In this document: positions 62,229-64,000 of the stretch, one piece after another
Layout of the letters: each line of letters begins with the position of its first letter
Numbering within the stretch: position 1 is the first letter of the stretch
Assembly: GCF_964213995.1 (NCBI RefSeq)
Contig: NC_135803.1
Span: forward strand, 92,628,001-92,692,000
Length of the DNA stretch: 64,000 nt
Source: Mustelus asterias
Taxonomy: Eukaryota
Reading direction: 5' to 3'
Made by a program: the position numbers and the translations under genes
Notes under the pieces: model-generated
Database searches by the model: none
What the model was told of the DNA's origin: nothing
Seen by the model: only the letters and a program-made list of their open reading frames with translations

Positions 62229-62791
62229 TTACAGATAGTGTGACAGGAACCCAAGATCCCGGTTGAGGCCGTCCTCATGTGTGTGGAACTTGGCTATCAG
62301 TTTCTGCTCAGCGACTCTGCGTTGTCGTGCGTCGTGAAGGCCGCCTTGGAGAACGCTTACCCGAAGATCAGAGGCCGAATGCCCGTAACCACTGAAGTGT
62401 TCCCCAACAGGAAGAGAACACTCTTGCCTGGTGATTGTCGAGCGGTGTTCATTCATCCGTTGTCATAGCATCTGCATGGTCTCCCCAATGTACCATGCCT
62501 CGGGACATCCTTTCCTGCAGCAAATCAGGTAGACAACGTTGGCCGAGTTACAAGAGTATGTACCGTGTAACTGGTGGATGGTGTTCTCATGTGAGATGAT
62601 GGCATCCGTGTCGATGATCCGGCACGTCTTGCAGAGGTTGCTGTGGCAGGGTTGTGTGGTGTCGTGGTCACTGTTCTCCTGAAGGCTGGGTAGTTTGCTG
62701 CGGACAATGGTCTGTTTGAGGTTGTGCGGTTGTTTGAAGGCAAGAAGTAGGGGTGTGGGGATAGCCTTGGCGAGATGTCCGTCTTCATCAA
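62229..62791 (-). pseudogene. Inverted second copy of the Penelope GIY-YIG domain
   Basis: NVVYLICC..WYIGET..(stop)..RMNEH..RRVAEQKLI..GLNRD; retains the catalytic E/N region lost from the plus-strand arm. Confidence 0.9.
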
Positions 62792-62792
62792 C

Positions 62793-63563
62793 GCCATCCC
62801 CTACAGACAAGCCCTCCGTATACACAGGATCTGTTCAGATGAGGAGGATCGCAACAGACACCTCCAGATGCTGAAAGATGCCCTCATAAGAACAGGATAT
62901 GGCGCTCGACTCATCGATCGACAGTTCCGACGCGCCACAGCGAAAAACCGCACCGACCTCCTCAGAAGACAAACACGGGACACGGCGGACAGAGTACCCT
63001 TCGTCGTCCAGTACTTCCCCGGAGCAGAGAAGCTACGACATCTTGTCCGGAGTCTTCAACATGTCATTGATGAAGATGAACATCTCGCCAAGGCCATCCC
63101 CACACCCCCACTTCTTGCCTTCAAACAACCGCACAACCTCAAACAGACCATTGTCCGCAGCAAACTACCCAGCCTTCAGGAGAACAGTGACCACGACACC
63201 ACACAACCCTGCCACAGCAACCTCTGCAAGACGTGCCGGATCATCGACACGGATGCCATCATCTCACGTGTGAACACCATCCACCAGGTACACGGTACAT
63301 ACTCTTGCAACTCGGCCAATGTTGTCGACCTGCTACGCTGCAGGAAAGGATGTCCCGAGGCATGGTACATTGGGGAGACCATGCAGATGCAACGACAACG
63401 GATGAATAAACACCTCTCGGCAATCACCAGACAAGAGTGTTTTCTTCCTGTTGGGGAACACTTCAGCTGTCACGGGCATTCGGCCTCTGATCTTCGGGTA
63501 AGCGTTCTCCAAGGCAGCCTTCACGACGCAGAGCCAAGTTCCGCTCACATGAGGACGGCCTAA
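62793..63563 (+). pseudogene. Penelope ORF C-terminus: RT thumb, Cys-rich linker, GIY-YIG endonuclease
   Basis: AIPYRQALRIHRICS..RTGY; PCHSNLCKTC; NVV(D)LLRC..C..WYIGET..RMN.H..VGEHF. 5'-truncated, with a deletion near 63530. Confidence 0.92.
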
Positions 63564-64000
63564 ACCGGGATCTTGGGTTCATGTCACACTATCTGTAACC
63601 CCCACGACTTGCCTGGGCTTGCAAAATCTCACTAAGTGTCCCGGCTGGAGACAATACACATCTCTTTAACCTGTGCTTAATGCTCTCTCCACTCACATTG
63701 TCTGTACCTTTAAGACTTGATTACCTGTAAAGACTCGCATTCCAACCATTATTTTGTAAATTGAGTTTGTGTCTTTATATGCCCTGTTTGTGAACAGAAC
63801 TCCCACTCACCTGACAAAGGAGCAGCGCTCCGAAAGCTAGTGGCTTTTGCTACCAAATAAACCTGTTGGACTTTAACCTGGTGTTGTGAGACTTCTTACA
63901 AAGTTTTTTTACACAGAGGGTGGTGGGGGCCTGGAATGCTCTGCCAAGTGAGGTGGTTGAGGCAGATACGGTAGTGACATTTAAGAGTTATCTGGATAGA

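Larger units (their letters stand above)
61890..63900. mobile_element. 2-kb fold-back Penelope-like retroelement (family A, Neptune-like)
   Basis: Left arm 61928-62791 is the reverse complement of 63068-63899. TSD acgttttttta (61879-61889) / aagttttttta (63901-63911). Hammerhead motifs at 61988-62016 (-) and 63811-63839 (+). Confidence 0.95.
59812..64000 (+). mobile_element. Long CR1/HER1 LINE ORF2 pseudogene (end of endonuclease through RT), interrupted by Penelope at 61890-63900
   Basis: IKENPKTFYTYI, PGPDGIYPRLL, NPGNYRPVSLTS, DFSKAFDKVPH and RPHLEYC with frameshifts; resumes FTQRVV at 63904. Confidence 0.95.

Overview
Repeat-rich vertebrate genomic DNA, almost certainly from an elasmobranch (shark), inferred from about 15 HE1-type V-SINEs and many HER1/CR1 LINEs. 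It is not prokaryotic, and there is a 200-N scaffold gap at 51023-51222. The only convincing host gene is a single-coding-exon BED-finger/hAT-transposase-derived gene (ATG 3281 to stop 5254). It has a splice acceptor upstream, no visible TIRs, and substitutions at hAT catalytic motifs, so it is probably a domesticated ZBED-like gene. The rest is nested retro- and DNA transposons: CR1, L2, Rex1/Babar, Tx1, three SINE families, solo LTRs, hAT and Harbinger-type MITEs, and minisatellites. The most striking structure is a set of seven Penelope-like (PLE) insertions from two families, mostly fold-back (palindromic) and 0.1-2 kb long. They carry minimal hammerhead-ribozyme motifs and a fixed one-sided terminal tail. 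The four family-A copies have 11-13 bp target-site duplications, and one of them is an internally deleted non-autonomous derivative. There are also several local templated duplications, both inverted and direct. All calls are by eye; no database search was run, and boundaries of old repeats are approximate.
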